Shown here: in pieces, positions 1 to 13,355 of the stretch
Layout of the letters: each line of letters begins with the position of its first letter
How positions within the stretch are numbered: the first letter of the stretch is position 1
From: Alloascoidea hylecoeti
Lineage: Eukaryota
Length of the DNA stretch: 64,000 nucleotides
Direction of reading: 5' to 3'
Assembly: GCA_001600815.1 (NCBI GenBank)
Contig: BCKZ01000009.1
Location: 336,194 to 400,193 of the forward strand
Program-made: the position numbers and the translations under genes
The notes under the pieces: model-generated
The model's input: only the letters and a program-made list of their open reading frames with translations
The model's database searches: none
Told to the model about the DNA's origin: nothing

Positions 1-358
1 AAGAAGATGCAGTTATGTCTGCATCATATTGGCTTTTATTTTTGTTATTTTCAAAATTATCGTGAAATTGGTATCTGTTCAGAAATGTATCATTAGGGGT
101 TTTATAACTGGGTGTATGATGATTGTAATTAGTCTTATTCCTGACCTTTTCGTCGTTTGTTTTGGGAGTAGAAGTATTTTGATTATTATGTTGATCTTCT
201 GATTCATTTGAGATAAATCTCATTTGCCTTATACTTAGATTTGCCCCACGAATCCACGCACCTTTTGAAATGGGAGATATACCATAAATAATGGGCACTA
301 GCTTCGTCGGCTGAGATCTAAATGTCACTATAGGCTTCAGATGAGATAACCTCTCCAT
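1..358 (-). CDS. 5' part of a gene running off the left edge; hypothetical protein with a mitochondrial presequence-like N-terminus
   Basis: ATG at 358; frame open for 119 codons to the window edge (MERLSHLKPIVTFRSQPTKLVPIIYGISPISKGAWIRGANLSIRQMRFISNESEDQ...). First ~50 aa are basic/hydroxylated with one acidic residue. Not in the ORF track because it has no stop. Confidence 0.6.
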   Translation of the reverse strand, partial: MERLSHLKPIVTFRSQPTKLVPIIYGISPISKGAWIRGANLSIRQMRFISNESEDQHNNQNTSTPKTNDEKVRNKTNYNHHTPSYKTPNDTFLNRYQFHDNFENNKNKSQYDADITASS

Positions 359-511
359 CCTATTGTTTATTGCTATTACTACTATTGCCTGAACTGGTTC
401 CAATATGGTCCAAAATGTCAAGTCTGAAGTTAAATATATGAGCACGTGATCATACAAACCAAAATGATCCTAAATATATGATTCTATAATTTATTTTATT
501 TACATATACAA

Positions 512-3500
512 CTATAACTCGTCATGTAAAAGGTCATCGTCAGATTCATTCTCGCTCGAATTCACTGAAGTTTCGGTCTTCAATTGATTTTGTAGTTTAA
601 GCCGCTCATGAACCTGTTTCTCAAGTTTAGCTATTTCATTATCATACTCCGTCCATTCTGGGATTTGTCGCCTTGCCCTATCAAGTTTTGGCTCCTTAGT
701 TAAAGGATTGTTACATAAATCGATTGTTTTCGCTGTCTTCAAGCTTTCATCGCTACACCAGGTCTCGCACCAGAGCCATTCTTGTGGTAATGAAAAAATT
801 GGAATTTCTCTCTGGAGATTATTGGGTAAATCTTGATCGAGATTACTCAACGAATTAGGGTCAGCACTGAGAGATTGGTAATGCTGCCTTAATCGATCAC
901 CGGCCCCCATAGCTCTGAACTTTATAAGATCAATAACATATAAGGCACTGATATGATACTTATATTGATCGCCTAAAAAGGTTTTCCAATATCCCTGTTT
1001 CCAAAATCTAAAGCCTTCCATTTCCTCACGAGAATCCCCCATTGGTGTGTAACCATATGGAGCACCCTGTAGATCTAGATCAACCAGCTCTTTGAGGTCT
1101 GTTCTCACAATTTGGTCGGCATCAACAAAAATAACTTTCTCTAAATCTTGGGGAAATAGGACATCAAGAAAAAGAATCTTGTAGCCCCAGATTGTTCTTT
1201 GCTTTTCCTTTTGGCCTCTTAGCCAGTGTGGCCAGTTATAAGTAACTAACTCATAGTCAAACCCATTTTTTTCGGCAAGATAAGGCAAAAGCTGTTTAAA
1301 CTTTGGTGAAAGAAAGTTCTCAATAAACCAATATTTTACTGTATGTTCTGGTGAGGTGTGCCTTTTTACACTTTCAGTCATAATTCCCAGGAATCTTTCA
1401 TATAGATGGCCACTAGCAACAGAAAAGATGTTTATGTCTGCCTGCTTTGGTTTGGGGGAATCCTTCTTCAGCCAGTTAGAGAGGAAACCTCCCTTTCCTG
1501 AATTACCTGTTTCTCCATCGACTAGTGTTTCGCGCTCTTTACCTGGTCGTTTGATGACTTTAAGGAATACAGTTGCACCATTAAGGTCGGAGACAAGTAT
1601 AATGGCAGTTCCGTCTTCATTTATAGTACTAGGATCACCTTCATCCTCAATGCTATTGACATCAGAAGTGCAGGAGATGAACTTGTATATATTTTTGGAT
1701 TTTCCTTCCTTTAAGCGCAGCGTATACAAACCAGGATTTCCCTGGAGTTGAAAATATCCAAGATTTGTCATAACGCTTGTATCAGTAATAGCCTTTAGAT
1801 GAGACTTTTGACCGATCGCTAACTCAATGGCTAACCCACGTGGGGGTGTAACTCGACCCTCATGTACAGTTTTAATATCAAATGTATGTCCTTCGATTAG
1901 GATATTTCTTAATAGATATGTTCCATTAATAACAGTTTTCCTGTTCTTCGGAATTAGTATATTGTCCAAATCTGTAATACTCTCTTCTGGTACCACGATC
2001 CAAGAGGGGGGAGAATCGATGTCCAAACTAATCAGTGTTTCATCCGGAATATCAAATGATGCGACAGAAGGGTAAATAACTTTCCCGTTATTACTAAAAT
2101 CTATTAATTTATCAGTTTCCGTGGTGTAGACGCCATTATAGAATCGCTTAATAGGCATCTCCTCAAGAGTAAGACTTGGGTTTAGAATCAATTTAATGGA
2201 AACCGATGATAACTTGGAAATGGCATTTAACATAGGGACTAACCGCTGGGCGCTTTCGCTGAGGGGATCAATAACTGCTGTAATATCAATAAAAGTATTA
2301 TCTGAGCCCTTGATCTGAAATCCAGCATGCTCAAATTTAAAATTTGGAAGTGTGATTCTGCGATTATTTGGTTCAATTCCAAAGAAATCCTCCTTTGGTT
2401 CATTCTCAATCACAAGAAGTTGAATAATTCCATCATACCAATCAAACTTATCAATTTCAACATTATCTGGGTATTTTATTCCAAGGTTGGTAAGACTACT
2501 TTCAACTGGTTCAATACGGTATTTGGTTTCATAGTCAACAAGCATTTCCAAATCTTCCGGAGATAACGTTTTTATATCCACTCCATGATCATCAAATAAT
2601 GTTGGAAGAACAATCTTTCTAGAATCAACAAATAATGTAATATCGTTTGATCCGATCTGCATAGCCTTGAGCCACTTTTTGGCAGCTGGGCGTTGTTGAC
2701 TTGACGTTTCAATATGAAGTGATAAATCATTATCGTGATATCGGCTTAGAAGGATATTTTCAAATTCTCCAATCAAATCATCCGTGACTCCATTTGAAAT
2801 AGTATCTGCTAATTTGGCGAAGACACTTAGCCCAAATGGGTCATTAGTAGTTTGAACAAATCTAAACTTAATATTCTTCTTAGCCGATAATGATTTAACG
2901 TAATTTAAAACACCGATAAGTTGGTCCAAGCCAGATCTTGATCCAAAATTTTGAATAAGCCAGAAAGAAATAAATGGCTTATTAGCATCCCCAGGTAAGA
3001 TATACTCAATATTATGAGAAGCTGTAGGATGACCAATACTATCAAAATTGAGGTTTCCAGTTTCAGGAACAACAATTGTGTTTCTTCTTGATAATGCATT
3101 CTTTAAAAGGAAATCCGATAATTTTATATCCGAGGGGATCTCATCTGCCAAATATGCTTGTCTAAGTCTATTGTTATCTGTTGAAATTAATCGTCCAGCA
3201 ACATAAGGCCATTCCTCATTTAAATCAACCACCACACCATTCACAATAACTCGGGGTCCGGAAATTCCCAATCTTTCAAGCCACTCTCTTGATGATGCCC
3301 ATTTATTTTGAATATCTTTAGAAGTCATATCAAACTTGGGGATTTTATAGATTTTGCAAAGTTTTTTGAAAACTATTTTATCATTCTTTGATTGCATCAA
3401 TCGTTCAACAGCAGAAACAATACGATCTCCTGTAACATTATTATTATATAAATGATAAAAGAATCTAGCACGTATTTCAGAATCTGGATTATTGAAGTTA

Positions 3501-5190
3501 AGTAAAGGTACAAAACCAACATGTAAGCCAACTTTGTTATTTATTATATATCTCGATAAACCCGAAAGCAATTGAAGATGTTGTACCTCTGAAAGATCAA
3601 GACTGAAAACATAGGAATGAATATTTTCTCTGATTTTATAAAATTGTCCAGGACGAATAGAATGTTCTAATTCTTCTCTGCCTTTCCATTTAGAGTATTC
3701 ATCATCCGATGATATATCATTCACCCAAACAATACTTTCTGAAATTTCAGTTTCGGGGCATATTTGATATCGTGCTAACCCTTGGTCAGAGATTGAACTG
3801 AAAAAGGGATTAGTGAGCAGTAATTTAAAACCATCCTGTAATGAAATACTGAAACTCTGTAGTCGGTGCAAAAGATCCGAATCCTTCTTGATTAACTCAA
3901 ATATACTAAATATAGTGTCCTTGAGACCATTCGTGGTAATTCCATTGATAAAAATCTGTGATGTTCCTGGTTTGAGCCCCAACTCTTTATTAAAATTCAA
4001 CTCCTCTAGTAATTTATCATCTACTAGAATATCCACTAAAGAAGAAGTATATTGGGGTATATGTGAGAGAAGTTTAGTGAGTTTCGATAGCTTAGATGTA
4101 GAATCTTCGATTCCAGATAGAATAAAACTAGCAGCTTTAGCATCGAGCATAGCAACATCTGATTTCGACAAGGTGTCAATTTCAGAATAATGTCTGTCAA
4201 AAAATGAAACACTTTCGACATCATTGGGCTGGGCATCTTGATCTATGCTTGGTATTTGGTTCTTATTATCTTCAGAATGAAGATCCTTTCTATCATCTAT
4301 GACAAGGTAATCTGTTCGTTTCAAATTTAATGCTACACCATATCCTCCAAGGACATCTCGCTCTTTTGAACCATCTCCTGGTATATACCTAATGGTATAG
4401 CTAAGTTTCCCTATATTGGCAGATTCGATCAAATATTTGTTCCAAAGTTTAAAAGAATCATCCTCAACGTTTCCGTATAAAATTGCAAGTGGTGCATTTC
4501 TTTTTGATCCGTATATCCTGTTTTCATCCAATGGGAATAAGTCATCACTATCCCCTAATGAATCAGAAGAGGTTGTCATAAGAGCGAATACATCATCAGG
4601 ATTGCAATAAATTGTATTCCCGAAATAAAGCCAGGATTGAGAATTCTTAGGACAATCGGAATTCATGTATGTCTTCGTTTTTACTGTTCCTGGAATCACA
4701 TATTCTGTATAGTACTGGTAATAGGCTTGGATTTTCGGAGAGTTATAATGAAGTGACAATTCTAAGTCAATTAAATCCTTCTGAAGTTCTGTAATATATC
4801 CATTTTTTATTAAGAAGTCAAAGGAGTTTTCATATAATTCTTTGTTGGTAAGTGATGAGGTGTCAATTTCAATTTCTTCAGCCTCTTCAGCCTCTTCTTC
4901 ATGAGAGTCAACCGCAAAAGACGTTATAAATTGTTTCAGTAATGGGAAATAAGCATCATGGTTTTCTTTGGAAACAGCTTCACTATATAAGGTATGGTTG
5001 GTTATAAGAATTGATTTGATAGATAGCAAAACAATTTAACTTACAGTAATTCCAATTCAAATGGAGTTTTTGTCCAATTTGCACAAAGTTTTATATTCAC
5101 ATTGCTGGGAGGGCTAGATGATGTCGCAGTGGTTACGAATCCTGAAAGAATTCCCACTGCCTGGACGATGAGAATTGGTAAATTTCTCAT
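512..5190 (-). CDS. KRE5: UDP-glucose:glycoprotein glucosyltransferase (UGGT/Kre5, GT24); 2 exons (5190-5045, 4982-512)
   Basis: Signal peptide MRNLPILIVQAVGILSGFVTTA in exon 1; intron 4983-5044 (GTAAGT..TAG) joins ELELL|EAVS in frame; C-terminal GT24 domain (INIFSVASGHLYER, WGYKILFLDVLFP, FVDADQ, LDQDLPN, WLWCETWC); C-terminal HDEL. Confidence 0.96.
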
Positions 5191-5331
5191 GTGTGTGAAG
5201 TGGAGAAGAAGCGTTAAGAAGGTTAGGTTTCTCTTAAGTTTGCTAAATCTTCTGTAACTATGGGTGTAGTCCACACATATAAATTTAATATCATTGATCC
5301 TACCTAAATACTAAAAAAAAAATTATTTACA

Positions 5332-7062
5332 CTATAAAGGCTTCCTGGCGTAAACAAATGTTGTATATTGACTAGGAGCATTGTCTCTCTGAACTCCATG
5401 GTGTTTCTTGCCTGTCTTCTCATCGATTGTTATCAAAGAATTCTTCAGGCAATAGTTACGGAAACGTTGAATGGCATCAGGATCGGTTAAAAAAGATTCG
5501 CCATATAAATTTACTAGCTGTAACCAATAAAACTGAATCATAAAATCGGTCACATAGCTTGCTGTTCCACCGGCATTAGAAGCCCTTGGAAGAACAATAA
5601 CTGTCTTGTTAATATTTGTGAAACCAGCGTCACCTAAATGTTTAACGATCTTTTTAGAAGGGTATGGATCCATTTTTCGAGGTTTGAGTCCTTTATTTAA
5701 AATTAATTCTATCCATGGTTTATCATCCTCATCAGGATTTATCACTTCAAAGTCAGAAACTAACAATTCAATATATCCACCCGGTTTTAGAATCCTATAT
5801 ATCTCTGAAATAACAGTAGGCCAATCTAGTTCTCTCAGTAGATACCAAAAGGCCCGAGAAGTCACTGAATCAAAGAAGTTGTTTTTGAATGGCAAACTTA
5901 AAAAGGATTTTCCTGTGGCAGGAACGAAATTAGAAGGACCACCACCAAAATCATAGGATGATAATTCATATCCATAAACCACTGTATCTGGGTAACTCAA
6001 AGCCAATTGCCAACTCAGCGGACTTCTTAAAACACCTTCTATTTCTAAAAGAATGATCTTTTTTGATGGCAAGCCTCTTTTTATATTTTCCCTATTATTA
6101 TGAATAATTTCCCTCATCTCTGGATTCATAATTATCTCGCCTTTTTGGAGAAAAAGTAATGCCATAATTGCCCATAGAGACATAATACCTGTGTCCATTC
6201 CTGGCTTGTATGTTCTTACAAATTGTAACCAAGCTTCTCGTCTTGTTTTGGCATATACCAAAGCATCCGTAGGCTGGCTCTTCTTCCAAAATTCATAATA
6301 GCTTTTCCATCTACTTTTATAAGATTGATTTCTTTTATTTAGAGATTTTAATGCATCTTGTCCATGGGCATCACGATCGGATTCCTGCTGAATTTTGGTC
6401 TTAGACAGTGACCTGGAGATATATGAAGAATCGCGATTTGCATACTCATATGGATTAAAGATTTCTGAACCAGATATAGATGATGCAGAAGATTGAGGTG
6501 TGCTGGAATCACTACTTCCGGTTGATATGGTTGCATTGTCATGAAATAACCCACCGGTATGATCAGTAGCTGATTTCGCGGAGGTGTGTCTCTTATTATA
6601 ATCATTGCTGTACTCACCTCTTAAATTATAAGAAGCGGACATAGAGCGCTGGGAAATAGATTTTCTTAATGATGTCTGAGAAGGGGTGCGTAAATGATTT
6701 CCAATCTTATAGCTATATTCATAATTGTCATCCTCCTCCTTAAAGTATATCGGACTTCTTTTTGGATGTACATTCGAGCCTGCATCGTCAGTAAAACATC
6801 TCAGTTTCTCCCCTACTCCCCCTGGGCCTGAAATCGTTGTCTGGGATTTAAAAAAAGGTGTGGCTGGAGTAAACGGGTAAATGGTGATATCCGAGTTGTT
6901 TGAATGTATAGAGGCTGAACTACATGAAGAAGGACTTTCCGGTGGGTTGGTTAAAGGTGAGACTTCAGCAGCGCTCTTAAGGTATTTAATGTCATTATAG
7001 TTGGCTATAGCCGTTGGGATTTTCTTTGGTTGTATCTGTGTTTCCAGTTGTTGGACATTCAT
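5332..7062 (-). CDS. Protein with a Ser-rich disordered N-terminus and a C-terminal class I SAM-methyltransferase-like domain
   Basis: 576-aa ORF; LPFKNNFFDSV and EIYRILKPGGYIE match class I MTase motifs II/III; motif I region is degenerate (LLEIEG). Confidence 0.75.
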   Translation of the reverse strand: MNVQQLETQIQPKKIPTAIANYNDIKYLKSAAEVSPLTNPPESPSSCSSASIHSNNSDITIYPFTPATPFFKSQTTISGPGGVGEKLRCFTDDAGSNVHPKRSPIYFKEEDDNYEYSYKIGNHLRTPSQTSLRKSISQRSMSASYNLRGEYSNDYNKRHTSAKSATDHTGGLFHDNATISTGSSDSSTPQSSASSISGSEIFNPYEYANRDSSYISRSLSKTKIQQESDRDAHGQDALKSLNKRNQSYKSRWKSYYEFWKKSQPTDALVYAKTRREAWLQFVRTYKPGMDTGIMSLWAIMALLFLQKGEIIMNPEMREIIHNNRENIKRGLPSKKIILLEIEGVLRSPLSWQLALSYPDTVVYGYELSSYDFGGGPSNFVPATGKSFLSLPFKNNFFDSVTSRAFWYLLRELDWPTVISEIYRILKPGGYIELLVSDFEVINPDEDDKPWIELILNKGLKPRKMDPYPSKKIVKHLGDAGFTNINKTVIVLPRASNAGGTASYVTDFMIQFYWLQLVNLYGESFLTDPDAIQRFRNYCLKNSLITIDEKTGKKHHGVQRDNAPSQYTTFVYARKPL

Positions 7063-8863
7063 GTTCTTATGGAATTATATTACAAGTTTAGTGAAGTAAT
7101 GGAAACGTACGGGCCATGGGAGATTATATATATTTGGCCGCAATTGCAATTGCAAGCTTAAAATTAGGCCTGCGATATTATGTTGTAAGATGGCTAGGTA
7201 AAGTTTCTGAATTATTCACGGAATGCAAGGTCGAAAAATTATACCCTTAGCTTATATTATAAGAGAATATTGAAGTGCTTTACCAGTAAAATCGCAACAA
7301 ATACTGTAAATTGAATTTCTACTTCAGGAAGGAGCTGTTACCAAACAAGTTCTCACCGGCGTTAATCCTGGCTAAAGACTTTATGTTTACGCTGCATTTG
7401 TAGACCTAGATCTAAAATAGAAAAGGCACATAAGAAAAAAATTACTAAATCATAATATTATAACGCTTTAGATCTATGAATCCCTGGTATATATGCTCAT
7501 ATAATATGTTAACATCCTTTTGATCAGGATCGCTACACCTATACTTCAAATTTCATACTTATTACTTACGTACCCAAAATAGCGATAACTGAACTTGCCG
7601 ACAAGTCATATGAAATTGATAAATAAATATTGTATGTCTGTTCTGTCAAATTGTGTCAATTAATGTTACAACTTGCCTCAAAATCAGTGTAAATTTAAAC
7701 GAATTATAGTAGATTTATTATAATTAACTATGTGCATTATAATTATAAAAATTATAATAAGCGATGTATTGATTCTATATACCTATTGAATATTCTATCA
7801 GGTGAGTTTCCTTAATTAATTCCACCTCTAAATCATGATCATATAATAAGTTAACGTTAATTATTTTTAGCTATAAACTTATACCTATAATTCATCAGCA
7901 TTAGCAAATGATTCAAGAACTCACTAAAGTTCACATTTCAATAAGGAGTCGTAAGGACGTTTAGATTGACCGCCACAGGCATTATATAATAATTAATTAA
8001 GCTAAGTTTAAGTTTAAGCTGATTTCAGATCTTCCAACATTATTTTGGCCATGGCAACTTGGCAATCCATACTTCCGACTCCGAGTGTAAGTAGGCGAAT
8101 TAATCATCTTCCATGGAGCAGATCGGACATAACACCTAACAACTCGAGCTAGATCTACGTATACCACTTCTTGTCAATTACAACCTTCCACACACATTCG
8201 CACATTTATAAATCTATTTCACAAAAATTTCCCTTAGTTAACAATAAAACATACCGGAAATTAGTACATACTACATGGTCTCAGGCCTAGCTATAGAGTC
8301 TAGACACATACCTGCTTCAGAGTGCTACCATTATAATTTTTCTTGTATAATTAATTACTTATAGTATAATTACCAGTATATCCTTAAATTTTACCATTTT
8401 TCTTTTCTTATTATATGATATCGCGATTAATACAGATCTTATATCAAATGTTATGGATTATTGTAAATTACACAATCCCACATGCGTGCGCCCCCAACTT
8501 CAACGTTAATGTCTCTAAACGTGAACCAATAATTACTTTTACGGAAACATTTACTTCAAATAAGAGTTATAATTATATATATATAGATATGCCATGATCA
8601 TTTATAAGATCTTATTGTTTTATATGATATTGTTCTTGACCATACATAGTCAACGTTAGCCCAAAAAATAAGCTTAAGTGTTTATTAACACAATCAACAA
8701 CATCAACAAAAGAATGAATTTACTGTAGCTAAATATTCTGAATATATAAACTACTTAATAATACTTATTCTAATACATTTTCCTATCATATTTCTACTCG
8801 TTCTTTGTTTTCAGTTCAAAGTCGGGAGAGTTTCTTCTTCGTTTACTATCTTTTTCATGGTGT

Positions 8864-9232
8864 TTATCTCAAGTGCAGTAAGTTCTCCCCCTTAAATCTC
8901 ATCACCAACTGCTGGATTTTCATTGAGCGTCCTTGTCTTTCCCTCCTACTCTTACTTATTCGTTTCATTTTGTTTTCTATGAACTTGGGGATATTTAAGG
9001 GTGACAATCGCTCAATTGTGGAGACAATCTGAACTCTAAATCTAGAATAGGTCTCTGCATATCGTGCATATTGTGAGTTTTCAGCCAGTCTCACTACCAA
9101 ATGATCTAGTTTTGTTAGTATTTTCTCGATTAATCTGTATTTATCTAATCTCTTTCCAATTCGTCATCTATATAGCTTAGCCAAACCATCTTCTGGTGGT
9201 GGTATATCAATCGAAACAGACTTCATCACCAT
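8864..9232 (-). pseudogene. Candidate small spliced orphan gene or decayed gene (~95 aa)
   Basis: Canonical branch point TACTAAC followed by AAAACTAG (acceptor 9106). Putative donor GTTTGG at 9186 joins MVMKSVSIDIPPPED|DHLVVRLAEN in frame with ORF 8864-9100. No recognisable family. Confidence 0.3.
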
Positions 9233-11094
9233 ATGCAAGTTGTTCAAACGGGCATATAGCCTATAGTAGAGGAAACTAAACCTTTACTTCTTTTATAAAT
9301 CATCGGCGGAATGATGTTCTTTTTTTCCAGTTAGTGAAATGATTTTGGTGCTTATACAATAGAGTATCGTGTTCTTAAGTCACTGGAACACCGTCCTCTA
9401 CCCAAATGAAGTTAAGTTGATATAGTAGATTTAATTGGTTTAGTTGGTTTAGTCGATATATAGTAGATTCGTTGAATATTAATTCAGTTACAGATCACAC
9501 CAATTTTATTAAAGTAGAAAAATACTTTCTATGGAAGAAAAAAAGAGGTTCAAATATACCTACACATTATCTCTAAATATCATTTACATCACACCATAAT
9601 ACATGTATTAGGATGAATATTCTTAGCTCAATGTGCCATACATAAACTGCTACCACCTTTTTTTAATAATTCCTGCATTCAAGATACGATATCGGAGTGG
9701 AAATTTGGGTCTATATATTCTGTCTAGAGATCATCTAGTGTATTTCCGAAGTTTGATTCATCTTATTTTCTTTACTTCCCCGTAGCTATATAATGACTGG
9801 CTCATTTTTGTTGATTTTTTTCACCTTCCCGGTTGGATCCAGATCTGGACTATAAGCAGACTACTCAATCACTTCAATTTACTACTCTTCAAACCACGAT
9901 AACACCAGCTTTGTGAAAAGGAGCATTATCTTGCATGCAGATCAACTTGTCCCTGAAATTACATGTACAGTATTGCTAAAGGTTTAGATCTAGATGAGGT
10001 GAAGCGCTTTTCCGCATTGTCCAGGCACAGTTGCAAGGTAGTTTTTTTCGCGGAGCGCGATATCCTCCAGGCTCCAACTGCAAATCACAGTAACTGGTAA
10101 CTACTAACTGCTATACATCCCGACTCCCAAGTACTTTGTGAAATTCCAGTGTGCATGTTTAGGCCTTCAGCTCCGTGTATCGGATCAAAGAGGGGTCTTA
10201 AACGCGTGAAGAGCATATTCCTATACCACTGCGGTGTGGCGCGTTTAATTTTGGGGATCTTTTCGACTTCAACGAAGCATCCCTAGGTTGACGTGCCAAT
10301 CGGGGATATTTTTAAGCAAAGTTTTTGTAATTAATGTTAAACTTAAAGAATTGAGTTTTAGAGTTATAACATTTTGGGAACAGAGAAAAAACTTACACGG
10401 ATTTTGAAATTTCACAATATTATTGACTTAAGTTGTAATACTCACACCTCTGAACACTCAATGCAATATAATTGGAAATGAGGCCAATACGATTTTATTA
10501 TTATTATTATTATCATTCACGCTCGAGAATCAGCTATGGGCCTATGACTATTCGTAAATTGAACAGTAAGTTGTCTAATAGTAATGCATAGCAAAACGAA
10601 GTCATCTTCGTCAATAAGCAAAATTAAGTCTGTTAGACTTTTCCTTAAATTTTTTACTACAATGAATGAATTACTCCTGTAATTACATATCTTGTCAAGA
10701 TGAAAATCTCAACATCACGATGTATATCCAATTCTAGATAAATGTTTATCTATTATTCGAAATGAGAGCTTTTCGTATGACGAAAGAGCACAAGACTTAC
10801 ATATATGCCTATATATAGCATAATTATAATTTATTGTAAATACACTCAAAAAAGATACGACTTCAAAGAAAAACAAATCGAAATAAATCAAATGGTCGAG
10901 ATGAGCATCATGCTAGTTATATATCTATTGTATATTATAAATATTCTTAATGTAGGACCAAGTTTTAATGATATAGCTAATTAATGTTATAAGTTAATAA
11001 ATACCAAGAAAATTTCATAAATTAAAGTTCAATCGAAACTTTTTCCAAATATAATTAGAAACCGGTATGTATAATGAAAGTAATGATGAAATTA

Positions 11095-11968
11095 TCATAG
11101 TTTCCCGCCAGGAGTACCATTGAGGACAACCCCAGATTCTGCCTCATGTTGAAAGCCTTCTAATTGTCTTAACATAATGGAAGGGTGTTTTCCCTGTTCT
11201 GTTAATTCTCTAAATACTACAACAGGTTTTTCATCAAGACCTAGTATCCGTTCCTGATCATCATAACACATCACCAAAGCCCATTGACGCCAATCGCTGT
11301 TGTTCAGACGATGTCTTCGCATTGCTGCTTGTAACACCTTTTGACATTTATCATCTGAAGAAGCCCTAAGCTGTTTCAAAGGTTCACTTTTCAAAGGAGA
11401 TGAGTTTGAATTGGCTAATTTTGGCTGTGAAGTTTGTGGCCATGGCATCATTGTACTTGCAGGGTTAATACTTTCTATTAATGGCGAAGTAGGCACAGAT
11501 GTAGAATACGTAGAAGAAGTTGATATAGATCGTATTATTGATGGTTTGCGTGTCACATTCAACGCTAGATTTAAATGATTATGGCGGTGATCATTATTTG
11601 TATTTTCATTTACAGTGACGGGAGATATCACAGGATTTGAAATAGAAACAGCTGAAGACATTTGTTGTGGACTAATTTTCTTTTTTGTAGAAAACTTTCT
11701 TGATAAATTTGAAAGGTTGAAAAATCCCCCAGAACCGTTAGGTTGTGTACTAAGTACTGTTGATGAGCTGCCTGATCTCGCCCGTGTTCCAGATGAAGCA
11801 AGATTTGTAATTGGAAGTAATGAGGGGGTTGAAGCATTTGTGCCTAGGCTAAAATTCATTAGATTATTGTTATGTGACGGTGGGGGAGGGGAATTATGAT
11901 GATTAGAAGAATACTGAGGCACATTCGATGATGTAGAAGCTAATTGAAGCGATATGTTCGGGGTTTGT

Positions 11969-12003
<35 letters not shown>

Positions 12004-12878
12004 TTGATTATGTTTTGCATTAGTAGGGCCTTGGTGATGGGTTGTGGGGGAGATAGTAGAAGCCGAAGAAGTTGAAGTTGCGGTAGACGGCGGGCTTGTG
12101 TGATGCGAACTATGTGGGTCGGTAGGAGTCGGCAAGGGCTACAAATTCCATCGACATGTTAATAAAGCATAGGATAAAAAAAAAAAAGATTTAGAAGGCA
12201 TACCTTTGTTTCCTTGACTAGCTTAAATATCGGCAGCAGATCTTCACGCAAGCGATTAAAGTTATCGGACAGCTTTTTCAGTTCTTGATTTGTTAGGGTA
12301 AGATTTCTATCTTTTAGTTGTAACTGCTTGTTTAAGTCAGATAAATCATTATTCAACTTTTCATTAATAACATTGATAGAGTCTGTTGATGTGATAGCAC
12401 TATTTTCAAGAGTTGCCTCTGTTTGTGATTCCAATTTGTACATGGGGTTATTATTGGTGCTAACTGATGCAATTGTAGAATCATTTTGGCTTGCAAAAGA
12501 ATTATTTGGGAAAACAGAATCAGAGGATAGTAAATTCTCCACTTGAACATTAAATGCCGAAAGCAATAGATGAATATTTTTTAGTATTGTTAATCTATGT
12601 GCCATCTTTTTTATCGACATTTCTTTTAGATCATTATTTGTCAGGTACGGAAGTATATCACCCGAAATATTGTTGTCAATAAAAGTTTCAGCATATTGCG
12701 GATATCCTATTTTTGAAATCCACGAGGAGACGGCTTCAACATTCCATTTTAAAATATCGTCGGGGTATTCGAGATTTGTCCGTGTGGAGGTTGAAGATGA
12801 AAGAGTTGAGAAGATTGAAGAAGTAGGGGAAGATATGGCATTTACTATGGCTGACGTGGGTTCTTTTGCCATGGTCAT
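11095..12878 (-). CDS. STE50: MAPK adaptor Ste50 (N-terminal SAM, C-terminal Ras-association domain); 2 exons (12878-12204, 12138-11095)
   Basis: SAM domain (WNVEAVSSWI..GYPQYAETF..NISGDILPYL); coiled coil LREDLLPIFKLVKETK joined to PLPTP by intron 12139-12203 (GTATGC..ATTAAC..TAG); RA domain (DDKCQKVLQAAMRRH..WRQWALVMCYDDQERILGLDEKP), ending TPGGKL. Confidence 0.93.
11965..12006 (-). repeat. CAA/CAG repeat encoding 14 Gln in Ste50
   Basis: (TTG/CTG)14 read directly on the + strand. Confidence 0.9.
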
Positions 12879-13355
12879 TAATTTGGATAGCCGGGTGATT
12901 AAGAGAGTAGAGGAATAAGATTGGTGAAGAGATCGTCTGTGTGTCTCAAGTAAAAATATAGTTGATGATATGTCAGGGGTCGAAGGTTTTAAATTGAAAT
13001 TAAATTAAAGAAAAGCAAAAGGCGGTCAACTGTTAGGATTGGGGCCATATAATAATTTAGTACAGACTCTAGAGTAATAATATTGTTATGCCACTTTTGT
13101 TCAAAATATTGAGAAAAGAAGAATAAAAATAGTCGATAATAGCTTATTATAGAGATGTGGAGCCAGCGAGTCACGACCCTGCACAGTCTCTGGGACAATA
13201 AGAAAATCTTTAACCAACTGAGCTTAAAAGAGTTTTATCACTGCCTAGCTGGTATATATTCTAAATTTCCTATTGCAGTATACCTAAAATATTTTTGGTT
13301 GGAAGAGGAGGCTACTATATCAAAAATTTAAATTTATATTTCATTCATACTATTA

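Noticed and set aside
8154..8166. 13-bp match (TCTACGTATACCA) to the reverse complement of the right end of the Fot1-like relic
   Set aside because: Built around TACGTA, which is frequent in these intergenic tracts; no partner terminus or transposase fragment nearby.
10216..10224. ATATTCCTA, matching the snR30/U17 m1 motif
   Set aside because: No partner m2 motif (AAACCAT) or closing stem with an ACA box downstream.
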